Source of the DNA: Acidobacteriota bacterium
Lineage (GTDB): Bacteria > Acidobacteriota > UBA890 > WLXD01
DNA length: 64,000 nt
Assembly (NCBI GenBank): GCA_965248695.1
Contig: CBDFKD010000002.1
Coordinates: 3,072,001 to 3,136,000 of the forward strand
Reading direction: 5' to 3'
Below are positions 1-12,562 of this stretch, one piece after another. Position numbers and translations under genes: made by a program. Each line of letters opens with the position of its first letter. The stretch's first letter is position 1. Below the pieces are notes generated by a model. That model worked only from the letters and a program-made list of their open reading frames with translations. It made no database searches and was not told the origin of the DNA.

Positions 1-2
1 GT

Positions 3-1391
3 CGACTCGATGCGGCGCGGACGCTCATCGCCGCCGGCGCCGATCTGTCCGTGACAACCGACGCCGAGGATCTTCCCGCCCTGGCGGCCGAGAGGCGGGT
101 CGGGGCCAAGGTGCGCGACCAGGTGCTGGCGTCGTTTCGTGGCGACGAACCGTCGGGTACGTCGTGGCGACCCACCCCGGCCGAGGTTCAGATCGCGGTG
201 CGCGCCGCCAACGACCCGCCGCCGGGAGCCGGCGATGACGCCCCTGCGACGCTCGACGACTTCGGGTTCCCGATCGATCAGGATCTCGGCGCCCTTGGTG
301 CCGTACCCGATCAGGACCTCGGCGAGCAAGATGAAGGGTCGGAAGCGCCGGTCGACCCTGCCGAGGGACAACCCGCGGATGACTACAGCACATCCTTTCC
401 GAATCTGGTCGGCACCCACGGTGGACTGACGGCGTTGCTGCACGCCATCCGCGAAGGCCACGCGGAGACCGCGCTGGCGCTGATCGAAGCGGGGGCCGAT
501 CTCGACCAGCCGAGCGCTGGCGACCACACTACGCCGCTGTTGATGGCGACCGTGAACGGGCATTTCGACCTGGCGATGACGCTGCTGGAGCTCGGCGCCG
601 ACCCCGACATCGGCAGTGTCGCCGGCGCCACCCCGCTGTTCGCGGCGATCAACACCCACTGGGCGCCCAAGGCCCGCTACCCGCAGCAACGCGCCTACCT
701 GCAGCAGGAAACCACCTACCTGGAGCTCATGAGCGTGCTGCTAGCCGCCGGCGCCGACCCCGATGCGCGGCTGTCCAAGCACCTCTGGTACATGGAGTAC
801 ACGTTCAGCCACCTGGGCGTCGACACGCGCGGCGCCACCCCGTTTTGGCGGGCGGCGCACGCACTCGATGTCGAGGCGATGCGGTTGTTGGTGGAGCACG
901 GCGCCGATCCTCATATTCCGACCCGCAAGCCGCCGAAGCGGCGGTACGGATCCGAGGAGACTGGCGAAAAGGACGTCGAGGAAGACCCGTCCGGGCTGCC
1001 GCCGATCGACGTCGGCGAACCGGCGACCTGGCCGATCCACGCGGCCTCGGGTCATGGCTACGGGACCGGCTTCGCCGGCAACTCACACCGCCACGTTCCT
1101 GATGGTTGGATACCGGCGATCCGCTACCTGGTCGATGAGCTCGGGGCGGACGTCAACGCGCGCGACCACGAGGGCCACTCGCCGGTGCACAACGCAGCCG
1201 CCCGCGGCGACAACGCGATGATTCGATTCCTGGTGCAGCGCGGTGCCGACGTCACGTTGATCAACCGCGCCGGGCAAACGACAGCCGACATGGCCAACGG
1301 ACCGCAGCAACGCACCCAGGCATTCACCGAGACGGTGGCACTGCTCGAAAGCCTGGGTTCGAAGAACAACGACAACTGCGTATCCTGCTGA
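3..1391 (+). CDS. Ankyrin-repeat protein, 5' end truncated by the window edge
   Basis: Repeated ankyrin motifs (GLTALLHA, TTPLLMA, GATPLFAA, GATPFWRAA, GHSPVHNAA). The frame is open upstream of the ORF-track start at 51 (RLDAARTLIAAGADL from nt 3). Ends NNDNCVSC. Confidence 0.85.
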   Translation, partial: RLDAARTLIAAGADLSVTTDAEDLPALAAERRVGAKVRDQVLASFRGDEPSGTSWRPTPAEVQIAVRAANDPPPGAGDDAPATLDDFGFPIDQDLGALGAVPDQDLGEQDEGSEAPVDPAEGQPADDYSTSFPNLVGTHGGLTALLHAIREGHAETALALIEAGADLDQPSAGDHTTPLLMATVNGHFDLAMTLLELGADPDIGSVAGATPLFAAINTHWAPKARYPQQRAYLQQETTYLELMSVLLAAGADPDARLSKHLWYMEYTFSHLGVDTRGATPFWRAAHALDVEAMRLLVEHGADPHIPTRKPPKRRYGSEETGEKDVEEDPSGLPPIDVGEPATWPIHAASGHGYGTGFAGNSHRHVPDGWIPAIRYLVDELGADVNARDHEGHSPVHNAAARGDNAMIRFLVQRGADVTLINRAGQTTADMANGPQQRTQAFTETVALLESLGSKNNDNCVSC

Positions 1392-1534
1392 GACGCGCGA
1401 CTGGCCGCCGCCGGGAGGGTCGCGCTGCCCCTTGACGGCCCCACACTGCGGCGCGCAGACTTGCCGTTCCTCAACGCGAACGCACCTCCGCGGCACCCGT
1501 GCCGCGGCCTGAAGACAGCACCACCGGAGGCACG

Positions 1535-2002
<468 letters not shown>

Positions 2003-2007
2003 CTGCG

Positions 2008-4365
<2,358 letters not shown>

Positions 4366-4376
4366 AGGAGAGCACG

Positions 4377-5171
4377 ATGCAAGACTTCAACTTCCATCGT
4401 CCGGGCTCGATCGACGAGGCCAAGCAGGCGCTCCAGCAGGCGGTCGAAGGCAAGCTGCTAGCGGGTGGTCAAAGTCTGCTGCCGGTGATGAAGCTCGATC
4501 TGGCGGCGCCGAGCGATCTGATCAGCCTGCGCGACGTCCCCGCCCTAGGAGGCATCGAGGTCCAGGGCGATCAGCTGTTCATCGGTGCAGCTGCCACCCA
4601 CTCGGAGGTCGCCGCATCGGACGTCGTCAGGGGAGCGATCCCGGCGCTGGCCGATCTGGCCGGCGGCATCGGCGATCCACAGGTGCGCAACCGCGGCACC
4701 CTCGGTGGCTCGGTGGCGCATGCGGATCCGGCCGCCGACTACCCGGCGGCGCTGCTGGCACTCGATGCCACCGTGGTGACCGACGCCAGGGAGATCGCTG
4801 CGCACGAGTTCCTCGGCGGGATGTTCGAGACGCCGCTGGCGGATGACGAGATCATCACAGCGGTGCGTTTCAACGTGCCGCAGGCGGCCGCCTATGCGAA
4901 GTTCGCCAACCCGGCGTCGAAGTACGCCCTGGTCGGCGTGATGGTGTCGCGCACAGGCGACGGTGTCCGCGTCGGTGTGACCGGGGCCGGCTACGGCGCG
5001 TTCCGAGCCGCAGCGCTCGAGGCCGCGCTCGACGCCGATTTCAGCGCCGCAGGAATCGACGGCGTGGCCATCGACAGCACTGACCTGGCCGACGACGGCG
5101 ATGCCAGCGCCGAGTACCGGGCCCATTTGATCAAGGTGATGACCCAGCGAGCGGTGGAGGCGTGCGGGTAG
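4377..5171 (+). CDS. coxM: FAD-binding medium subunit of molybdenum hydroxylase
   Basis: [25 protein letters not shown] motifs; AGGAG RBS before ATG 4377. Confidence 0.92.
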   Translation: MQDFNFHRPGSIDEAKQALQQAVEGKLLAGGQSLLPVMKLDLAAPSDLISLRDVPALGGIEVQGDQLFIGAAATHSEVAASDVVRGAIPALADLAGGIGDPQVRNRGTLGGSVAHADPAADYPAALLALDATVVTDAREIAAHEFLGGMFETPLADDEIITAVRFNVPQAAAYAKFANPASKYALVGVMVSRTGDGVRVGVTGAGYGAFRAAALEAALDADFSAAGIDGVAIDSTDLADDGDASAEYRAHLIKVMTQRAVEACG

Positions 5172-6097
5172 GCGCACTGCCGGAATCGGTCGACGCGACG
5201 TCCGAGCTGCTGCTGCAGCATGACTACATCGCCGACCGATCGCTCGCCACGGCGGTGTACCTGTCGCTTGCCCTCGGCCGCCCGTTGTTCGTCGAGGGCG
5301 AGGCCGGCGTTGGCAAGACCGAGATCGCCAAGGTGCTGGCGGAGGCGCTCGACCGACGTCTGATCCGGCTGCAGTGCTACGAGGGGCTCGACGTCGCCGC
5401 CGCCGTCTACGAGTGGAACTACGCCCGGCAGATGATAGAGATCCGTCTCGCCGAGGCTGCCGGCGACACCGATCGCGCCGAGTTGGAGGCGGGCATCTTC
5501 TCGGAGCGCTTCCTGATCCGACGGCCACTGCTGGAGGCACTGGAGCCGCACGAGGAAGGGCCCCCGGTACTGCTGATCGACGAGCTCGATCGTGCCGACG
5601 AGCCCTTCGAGGCGTTTCTGCTGGAGGTACTGTCGGAGTTCCAGGTAACCGTCCCGGAGCTCGGCGCGTTTCGCGCCGAGACCCCGCCGGTAGTGGTGAT
5701 CACCTCCAACCGCACGCGCGAGATCCATGACGCGCTCAAGCGCCGCTGCCTGTACTGCTGGATCGACTACCCGGATGCTGCCCGCGAGCTGAAGATCCTG
5801 CGGGCTCGTGCCCCCGAGGCGCGCGAGGGACTGACGCGCCAGGTCGTCGGCTTCGTGCAGGCGCTGCGAGAGCGCGAGCTGTTCAAGCTGCCCGGGGTGG
5901 CCGAATCGATCGACTGGACGCGCGCGCTGCAGGTGCTCGACCGCACCACTCTCGATGCCGACAGCGTCGATGACACCCTGGGCGTGCTGCTCAAGTACGA
6001 AGATGATCTGTCGCGCATTCGGGGCGAGGAGGCCGCGGGCATTCTCCGTCAGGTCGAGGCGGAGCTCGCGGCGGCCCCCGTAGAGCCCGGGGCGTGA
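5162..6097 (+). CDS. coxD: MoxR-family AAA+ ATPase (CoxD-like)
   Basis: Walker [21 protein letters not shown], Walker B LLIDELD, DALKRRC; position after coxM. Confidence 0.9.
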   Translation: MRVGALPESVDATSELLLQHDYIADRSLATAVYLSLALGRPLFVEGEAGVGKTEIAKVLAEALDRRLIRLQCYEGLDVAAAVYEWNYARQMIEIRLAEAAGDTDRAELEAGIFSERFLIRRPLLEALEPHEEGPPVLLIDELDRADEPFEAFLLEVLSEFQVTVPELGAFRAETPPVVVITSNRTREIHDALKRRCLYCWIDYPDAARELKILRARAPEAREGLTRQVVGFVQALRERELFKLPGVAESIDWTRALQVLDRTTLDADSVDDTLGVLLKYEDDLSRIRGEEAAGILRQVEAELAAAPVEPGA

Positions 6098-7344
6098 GCG
6101 ACGATCTCACCGCGCTGAACCCCGGCGGCCAGCTTCCGGCGCACGTGATGGGTTTTGGACGGCTGCTGCGCCAGCTGGGCCTGGCCGTGGGACCGGAGCG
6201 TAGCCTGGCGGCGCTGCGCGCCATGGCGATGATCGACATCACGCGCCGCGCCGACTTCTATTGGACGCTGCACGCAGTGTGGGTGCACCGCGAGGAGCAT
6301 CGGGCGCTGTTCGACCTGGCGTTCCGCCGCTTCTGGCAGGATCCGGAGCGGGCCGTGCTCGACCCGATGCTCGCCGATCTGTTGTCGCAGTCGCGCGTCC
6401 CCTCGACCGCCGAACAGCGTCCGGGCGAACGACGTCTAGCCGAGGCCCGGGACGCAACGCAGCCGGAAACCTCTGAACCGGAGAGTCCACTCCATGAGCT
6501 CGCCGCCCACATGAGCTGGTCGCGACGCGAGCTGTTGCGCCGCAAGGACTTCGAACAGATGAGCGCCCACGAGGTGGCGCAAGCCAAGGCGATGGTCTCG
6601 CGATTGCGCCCACCCTGGCGCCAGCTCTCTACGCGTCGAATGCGCCCGGTGGCAGGTGGCCGACGTGCCGATCTGCGCGCCACGATCCGGGCCAGCCTGC
6701 GCGGGGGCGGCGACCACATTCCCCTGCGGTGGCGAGCACCGCGGCACCGCCCACCGGCGCTCGTCGTGCTCTGCGACATCTCCGGCTCGATGAGCACCTA
6801 CAGTCGTATGCTGCTGCACTTCGCCCACGCGCTCAGCAGCGATCGGGATCGCGTGCATACGTTCGTGTTCGCCACCCGCCTGACCAACGTGACCCGCACG
6901 CTGCGGCATCGCGACATCGACGCAGCGCTCGCGAGCCTCGGTCGCGACGTGCCCGACTGGGACGGCGGCACCCGCATCGCCGCTTGCCTACGTGAGTTCA
7001 ACTACCGGTGGTCACGGCGCGTGCTGGCCCAAGGAGCCGTGGTGCTGCTGATCACCGACGGCCTGGACCGCGACGACGGCGAGGGACTCCAGCACGAGAT
7101 GTCGCGGTTGCGGCGCTCGTGCCGGCAGCTCGTGTGGCTTAATCCCCTGCTGCGCTATGAGGCGTTCGAGCCCCGGGCGGCCGGAATCCGCGCCATGCTG
7201 CCGCACGTCGACGAGATGCGCGCCGCCCACCATCTGGCCTCACTGGAGGACCTGGGCGAAGCGCTGTCGCGCCCGGCGAACCGCTTTCTCACGCGTACTC
7301 ACCCGGCGAGCCGCTCAAAGGCTTCCGCCGAGCCGCGGCTCTAA
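6094..7344 (+). CDS. coxE: VWA-domain protein (CoxE-like)
   Basis: MIDAS motif DISGSM, GGTRI, ITDGLD, WLNPLL; GTGA overlap with coxD. Confidence 0.88.
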   Translation: MSDDLTALNPGGQLPAHVMGFGRLLRQLGLAVGPERSLAALRAMAMIDITRRADFYWTLHAVWVHREEHRALFDLAFRRFWQDPERAVLDPMLADLLSQSRVPSTAEQRPGERRLAEARDATQPETSEPESPLHELAAHMSWSRRELLRRKDFEQMSAHEVAQAKAMVSRLRPPWRQLSTRRMRPVAGGRRADLRATIRASLRGGGDHIPLRWRAPRHRPPALVVLCDISGSMSTYSRMLLHFAHALSSDRDRVHTFVFATRLTNVTRTLRHRDIDAALASLGRDVPDWDGGTRIAACLREFNYRWSRRVLAQGAVVLLITDGLDRDDGEGLQHEMSRLRRSCRQLVWLNPLLRYEAFEPRAAGIRAMLPHVDEMRAAHHLASLEDLGEALSRPANRFLTRTHPASRSKASAEPRL

Positions 7345-7886
7345 TCGTCGGAACGCCTGAGCTTCCCGGCGATCGTCCGCAGTAGAAGCTTGCCGCCGTC
7401 GAGCGCCGCACCGCCGTCGTCGGCAACCGGCGTCTCCCCCTGGAGCTTCGCAGACAGCCGCGCGGCGAACTCCGCCAGTAACTGCTTCGACACCGCCTGG
7501 AACATGCCGCGTCCGAAGCGCACCAGCTTGCCGGCGATCTGAACGTCCGCGTCCATGCTCACCCGGCTGCCGTCCTCGTGCTCGGTCACCGCGCTGTGCA
7601 TGGTGACCGAGGCGGATCCGCCGCCGCGCTGGTCGCTGCCGTTGCCGGCCATGCTGAGGCGCATGTTGTCCTCGTCGATCTCGGTGAAACGAATCCGCCC
7701 GTTGTAGTTGACCGTCACCGGCCCCACCTTCACTCGCACCGTGCCGACGTAGTCATCGCCGTCGACCGATTCAAGCTGCGCACCGGGCAGGCAATCAGCA
7801 ACCCGGGTCGGATCCTTGAGCAGCGGCCAGACGCTCTCCGGAGATCCCGGTAGGTCGAACGACTCGCTGATCTTGAACGACGCCAT
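7341..7886 (-). CDS. coxG: SRPBCC / CoxG-family protein
   Basis: VWPLLKDPTRVADCLPGA, VKVGPV, GKLVRFGRGM are typical of CoxG; convergent on coxE. Confidence 0.85.
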   Translation of the reverse strand: MASFKISESFDLPGSPESVWPLLKDPTRVADCLPGAQLESVDGDDYVGTVRVKVGPVTVNYNGRIRFTEIDEDNMRLSMAGNGSDQRGGGSASVTMHSAVTEHEDGSRVSMDADVQIAGKLVRFGRGMFQAVSKQLLAEFAARLSAKLQGETPVADDGGAALDGGKLLLRTIAGKLRRSDD

Positions 7887-7928
7887 TACGACTACCCCCG
7901 TTGGCCGGCGCTCTCGGCTCGCGGCACT

Positions 7929-8543
7929 CTAGTGGCCTGGTCCCGGCAACTGGTCCGACTCGTCTACGTCCCGGACTACACCGGCGTCGCCGAATGGCAC
8001 TCCGTGCACCCAGGCGGCGTGCTGATCGAGCAGAGCACGGGCGCCCACATCTCCAGAAACCTCGCCGATCTGCTCAAAATAGCTCGCCGCCCAAAGGACG
8101 GGGTTACCACGCCTGCGATCGTACACCGGCGCACAGATCGGGCGTCCACCGGCAGGATCGAACGCTTCGATCAGCGCATCGAGATGCTCCGCCCGCACCC
8201 AGGGCATGTCCGCCAGGCAGATCAACGCCCCGTCCACCGGCGGCACGGGACCGCTGGCCAGGGTCGCGACACCGACACGCAGCGTGGTGCTCATTCCCGA
8301 CGCGTAGTCCGGGTTGTGGACCACATCGACGGCCAGCCCGGCAACCGCCTCGGCGACGCGATCGCCATCGTGTCCGGTGACCACGATGATCGGTTCGGCG
8401 CGCGACCGCAACAACGCGCGAGCGGTGTGTCGGACCATCGGCCGCCCACCGACGTCGGCAAGCAGCTTGTTGGGTTGTCCGAAGCGCCTGGACTCACCCG
8501 CCGCCAGCAGCACCGCGCCAACCCTGTAGTCGGCAACGCTCAC
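7929..8543 (-). CDS. mocA: Molybdenum cofactor cytidylyltransferase (MocA-like nucleotidyltransferase)
   Basis: LLAAGESRRFG.NKLL, LADMP, RGNPVLW, GDVGAR, DVD motifs; context of an MCD-dependent enzyme. Confidence 0.85.
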   Translation of the reverse strand: MSVADYRVGAVLLAAGESRRFGQPNKLLADVGGRPMVRHTARALLRSRAEPIIVVTGHDGDRVAEAVAGLAVDVVHNPDYASGMSTTLRVGVATLASGPVPPVDGALICLADMPWVRAEHLDALIEAFDPAGGRPICAPVYDRRRGNPVLWAASYFEQIGEVSGDVGARALLDQHAAWVHGVPFGDAGVVRDVDESDQLPGPGH

Positions 8544-9265
8544 GACTCACGCCGCTTTCGCAGCTGCTCGATCAGCTGCGACAGAATCGCCGTAGCGATC
8601 TCGGCTGGCGTCCTGGCGCCAATGTCGAGTCCGATCGGCCCGTGCACGCGCGCCAGCGCGGCACCCTCACACCCGGCCTCTGCCAGCCGCTCCATGCGTG
8701 CCGCGTGGTTGCGCTTGCTACCCAGCGCCCCGATGTAGAACGCCGGCGTCGTGACCGCGTGTTCGAGCGCCGGATCGTCGATCTTGGGGTCGTGACTCAA
8801 CACCACCACCGCCGTGCGATGGTCGATGCACAGTTCGGGGAGCGCCTGCTGCGGCCACTGGCGCCGCATCTCCACCTGCGGAAACCGATCCACCGTGGCA
8901 AAGGCCCGGCGCGGGTCCACCACGACCACTTCGTAGCCGTTGAGCGTCGCCATCGCCACCAGCGCCTGAGCGATGTGCGCCGCACCGACAACGACTACGC
9001 GGACCGGCGGGTTGAACACGTCCAGCAACAGCTTGCGCCCGTGATGGCCGACGACACCCGAGCGATCGTCGCGCACGGCCACCCGCGCCCCTTCGATCAG
9101 CAGATCGTCCACCGGCACCCCGTTGTCCGGCCCCGGAGCCGATTCTCTTTCCGTCGAAATAGGATACAGCAGCCGTTGATTGCCCGATTGCAGATCGGTA
9201 ACCAGGACGACCGTGCGCTTGGCGGCACGGTCGGCGACGATCTGCTCCAGCAGCGCGGCCTTCAA
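8540..9265 (-). CDS. xdhC: XdhC/CoxF-family Moco chaperone, C-terminal (Rossmann) half
   Basis: VVGAAHIA, DPRRAFA, SHDPKIDD, YIGALGS, HGPIGLDIGARTPAEIA; TTG start at 9265 overlaps the upstream stop (TTGA). Confidence 0.85.
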   Translation of the reverse strand: MKAALLEQIVADRAAKRTVVLVTDLQSGNQRLLYPISTERESAPGPDNGVPVDDLLIEGARVAVRDDRSGVVGHHGRKLLLDVFNPPVRVVVVGAAHIAQALVAMATLNGYEVVVVDPRRAFATVDRFPQVEMRRQWPQQALPELCIDHRTAVVVLSHDPKIDDPALEHAVTTPAFYIGALGSKRNHAARMERLAEAGCEGAALARVHGPIGLDIGARTPAEIATAILSQLIEQLRKRRES

Positions 9266-9594
9266 TCGACGCGCTCGACCCAGATATCGACCTGCCCGCC
9301 ACACGCCAAGCCGACGGCCCAGGCCTCCTCGTCAGTGACACCGAACTCGAGCAGTCGCGGCGCGCCACTATCGATGACGTCGCGCGCCGCCGACACCACC
9401 GCGCCTTCGACGCAGCCGCCGGAGACCGAGCCCACGAAGTGGCCACCGGCCTCGATCGCCATGTGGCTGCCCGGCTGACGCGGCGCCGATCCCCAGGTGC
9501 GCACCACGGTGGCAAGCGCGACGGGCATGCCGTCGCGTACCCACTCGGCGGCCTGATCCAGCACCCCACCGGCGACGCGGTCGATCTCAGTCAC
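9262..9594 (-). CDS. XdhC/CoxI-family N-terminal domain protein (split xdhC)
   Basis: ALATVVRTWGSAPR, GSVSGGCVEG, VGLACGG. Confidence 0.87.
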   Translation of the reverse strand: MTEIDRVAGGVLDQAAEWVRDGMPVALATVVRTWGSAPRQPGSHMAIEAGGHFVGSVSGGCVEGAVVSAARDVIDSGAPRLLEFGVTDEEAWAVGLACGGQVDIWVERVD

Positions 9595-9597
9595 GCG

Positions 9598-10890
9598 TCA
9601 GCTTCCCTCGAACCCCCAGAGCGCCAGGCTGGAGAGATCCTTGATCAGGAATCCGCCGCTGGTAGCCACTGGATGAGCCCAAGTCTGGCTATCAGCGACG
9701 GTGTACCGGCGCACGGGAGCAAACTCATCCGCCTCCGGTGGCAGCAGCATCAGCTCCCCGGAGTCGGTGAGGATAGCCAGCACGTCGCCGAGCACCAGGA
9801 ACGACGCATTGTCGCCCTCGCGTCCCTCGCTGGTCCAGATCATCTCCCCCGACTCCACGTCCATGGCGAAGAACTGGCCCTTGCGACGATGCGACATGCC
9901 GAAGAGCCGATCGCCTACCAGGACCGGCGTGCTCATGTAGAGCGATGCGGAGGGAATACTCCAGAGCTCCTGCGGCGCCCACTGGTCGCCGTCGCGCTCC
10001 AGCCGAATGGCGAACAGCGGTTGATTGAGCCCCGAGAGGATGAGCTTGTCGCCGTGCAACGCCGGAGTGACGACGTTCTGGTCGAACTCCGTGCGGAACG
10101 GAATGCGCCATAGCAATCGACCCGTGTCGACCGCCACGCCGACGATGTTCGCATCCGTCTGCGTCACCAGCTGGCGTTGCCCATCCACCGAGACGATCAT
10201 CGGCGAGACGTAGCTCGGGCCGTCTCCATCCAGCGACCAAACGACCTCGCCGGTCGCCGGGTCGAGCGCCACGATGGCCCCCTCGTCGGGCCCACCAGCG
10301 TGGACGATGAGCCTGTTGCCTTCGAGGATCGGCGACATCCCTGCACCGTACAGCGGGAACTTGGCAGCGAACTGGCCACCGAAGTCCGTCTGCCAGAGGC
10401 GCTCGCCGGACTCGAGCGCGTAGCTGGTCAGCGCCCCTCCCTTGCCGAACGTGTACAGGCGGCCGCCGGCAACCAGCGGGGTCGACACTGGGCCCTTGCC
10501 GAATGCCCGCCCGGCCGGATGCATCCGATAGGGCACCGGGTAGGAGTCCTCCCAGATGACCTGCCCGTCCGACAACTGCAGCGCGCGCACCACCTCCGCA
10601 TCGGCCTCGACATTGCGCGTGTGCACGTAGATCCGATCGCCGACAACCACGGGCGTGGAGTGGCCGGTGCCAACCTCGACGATCCACCGCCGGTAGAGCT
10701 GCTCGGGCCATTCCTCCGGAGCAACGAAACCGTGCACCACCCCGTCGCGATCGCGGCCGCGCCACTGACTCCATTCCTGGGCCAGTGCAGCGGGCGCCAC
10801 GGCCGCCAGCAGTGCGACCGCCGCGACCAACCGTCTGCGGCGCCAGCTGGGATCTACACGCTCCGCCAACACTGCCACCTCAGCGGTCAT
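9598..10890 (-). CDS. Secreted PQQ-binding-like beta-propeller protein
   Basis: Signal peptide, WSQWRG..RDG, repeated STP/SP...G...W blades, TWAHP. Confidence 0.85.
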   Translation of the reverse strand: MTAEVAVLAERVDPSWRRRRLVAAVALLAAVAPAALAQEWSQWRGRDRDGVVHGFVAPEEWPEQLYRRWIVEVGTGHSTPVVVGDRIYVHTRNVEADAEVVRALQLSDGQVIWEDSYPVPYRMHPAGRAFGKGPVSTPLVAGGRLYTFGKGGALTSYALESGERLWQTDFGGQFAAKFPLYGAGMSPILEGNRLIVHAGGPDEGAIVALDPATGEVVWSLDGDGPSYVSPMIVSVDGQRQLVTQTDANIVGVAVDTGRLLWRIPFRTEFDQNVVTPALHGDKLILSGLNQPLFAIRLERDGDQWAPQELWSIPSASLYMSTPVLVGDRLFGMSHRRKGQFFAMDVESGEMIWTSEGREGDNASFLVLGDVLAILTDSGELMLLPPEADEFAPVRRYTVADSQTWAHPVATSGGFLIKDLSSLALWGFEGS

Positions 10891-11920
10891 GGTCGAGCTC
10901 CATCACGTAGATCTCGCGATTGCCGTCGCGGCTGGTAACGAAGGCGATGCGCTCACCGTCCGGCGACCAGACCGGTCCATCGTCGCGCGACGAGTCATTC
11001 GTGAGGTTGACGAGGTGGGTGCCGTCGGGGCGCATCGCATAGATCTCGCGGTTGCCGTCGCGGTCGGAGACGAAGGCGATACGCTCGCCGTCCGGCGACC
11101 ACGCAGGGCCCTCGTTGCTCGACGCGTGGTCGGTCAGGTTGCTGGCTCCCGTGCCGTCCTCGTTTATCACCCAGATATCGCTGAACCCCACTCCGTGAGC
11201 CGACACGAAGGCGATCCTGGATCCGTCGGGCGACCAGGCGGGATGATCGTCGTCGGCCGGACTGTTGGTCAGGTTCTCCTGCTCGGCGCCGTCCTCGTAC
11301 ATGGCGTAGATCTCGCCGTTGCCATCGCGCTGGCTGGAGAAAGCGATGCGCATGCTGTCCGGCGACCAGGCGGGGTTGCGGTTGCCGAGGCCGTTCTGCG
11401 TCAGGTTCAGGTACTTGCCGTACCAGGCGACATACTCTGTGCCCTCGGAGTCCATGATGGAGATATCACCGTTCCCGAGACGCCCGCTGCTGGTGTAGAA
11501 GCTGATCCACTCTCCATCTGGAGACCATCGTGGGTCGCCGTTGATGTAGCCATTGCTCGACAGGACGTCCGCTTCGCTGCCGTCGGCGTTCATGATGAAA
11601 TTCCATGCCGATGTGCGCCCGTGGCGATCGGACTCGAACGCAATCTGGTTGCCGTCCGTCGACCAGACCGGATCCCATTCGTCATATTCCGGGTTTGTGG
11701 TGAGATTCTTAGCATCGGAACCATCGGCGTTCATGATGTAGACCTCGCGATCGCCGTCGCGGTTGGTCACAAAGGCGATCCTGCTGCCGTCGGGCGACCA
11801 GGCAGGCGTACCGTCGAAGGCCGGGTTGCCCGTGAGGTTCGTTTCGTTGGCGACCGCACCGGCAACTGCGACGGTCGCCAGCACGACGCATCCAGCGGCG
11901 CCGAAAACGCGGTTGGTCAA
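10880..11920 (-). CDS. Secreted TolB-like PD40 beta-propeller protein
   Basis: About seven PAWSPDGxRIAF repeats with DGNREIY; N-terminal signal peptide. Confidence 0.88.
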   Translation of the reverse strand: MTNRVFGAAGCVVLATVAVAGAVANETNLTGNPAFDGTPAWSPDGSRIAFVTNRDGDREVYIMNADGSDAKNLTTNPEYDEWDPVWSTDGNQIAFESDRHGRTSAWNFIMNADGSEADVLSSNGYINGDPRWSPDGEWISFYTSSGRLGNGDISIMDSEGTEYVAWYGKYLNLTQNGLGNRNPAWSPDSMRIAFSSQRDGNGEIYAMYEDGAEQENLTNSPADDDHPAWSPDGSRIAFVSAHGVGFSDIWVINEDGTGASNLTDHASSNEGPAWSPDGERIAFVSDRDGNREIYAMRPDGTHLVNLTNDSSRDDGPVWSPDGERIAFVTSRDGNREIYVMELDHDR

Positions 11921-12050
11921 CTCTTCAACCTCTCGATGGTGGCAAACAGGATGAGCGTTCCGAACCGGAACCGTGGCAGCGTAACCTCACAGACTGGTTG
12001 GCGGAAGGGGCCGTGCGGGGCCGGCCTGAGGTCTGGTAGGCTTGCCGGCC

Positions 12051-12548
12051 ATGTGTCGCTCCGAAGTCAAAGTGCTGTTGCTCGTCTGCCTGGCCGTGGT
12101 CGCCGGGTGCGCCTCCGAACCACCGCCGCCTCCGCAACCGGTCGCGTTCAGCCACAAGGCACACGTCGACAACGACATCTCCTGTACCAACTGTCATCCG
12201 GGCGCGGAGACCCAAGCGCAAGCGGGTCTCACGCCGCTCGCCGGCTGCGCCACCTGCCATCGGCGCGCCATCATCCCCGATCATCCGGAGGTGATGAAGG
12301 TCATCGAGCATTTCCGCAACCGCGAGACGCTCGCCTGGAACCGCGTCAACGTGATCCCGGACACGGCGATGGTGCACTTCAAGCACAAGCCGCATGCGCG
12401 CGCCGGCGTGACCTGTGATCGCTGCCATGGGGACGTCGGCGAGATGACGGTGGCACGCCAGGCGGTCGATGTCGCGGATATGGGGTGGTGCGTGAACTGC
12501 CATCAGCAACAGGGAGCCAGTATCGGCTGCCTCACCTGCCATCACTGA
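12051..12548 (+). CDS. actA: Pentaheme cytochrome c (ActA/QrcA-like), probable lipoprotein
   Basis: Five CxxCH (CTNCH, CATCH, CDRCH, CVNCH, CLTCH), QPVAFSH, MGWC; lipobox-like VAGC. Confidence 0.85.
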   Translation: MCRSEVKVLLLVCLAVVAGCASEPPPPPQPVAFSHKAHVDNDISCTNCHPGAETQAQAGLTPLAGCATCHRRAIIPDHPEVMKVIEHFRNRETLAWNRVNVIPDTAMVHFKHKPHARAGVTCDRCHGDVGEMTVARQAVDVADMGWCVNCHQQQGASIGCLTCHH

Positions 12549-12562
12549 GATGAGCACGCCGA

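Noticed and set aside
8540-9594. xdhC as a frameshifted pseudogene
   Set aside because: The split falls at a domain boundary with a clean TTGA stop/start overlap; two-gene xdhC is a known arrangement
10880-11920. Periodic DNA repeats as a CRISPR array
   Set aside because: They are degenerate codon-level repeats of PD40 blades within a CDS; no identical repeats with unique spacers and no cas genes
10889-12418. Long antisense ORFs (e.g. 10889-12418, 31047-32702, 36983-38569, 43638-45005, 45165-46460)
   Set aside because: Shadow ORFs opposite well-supported genes, expected in high-GC DNA
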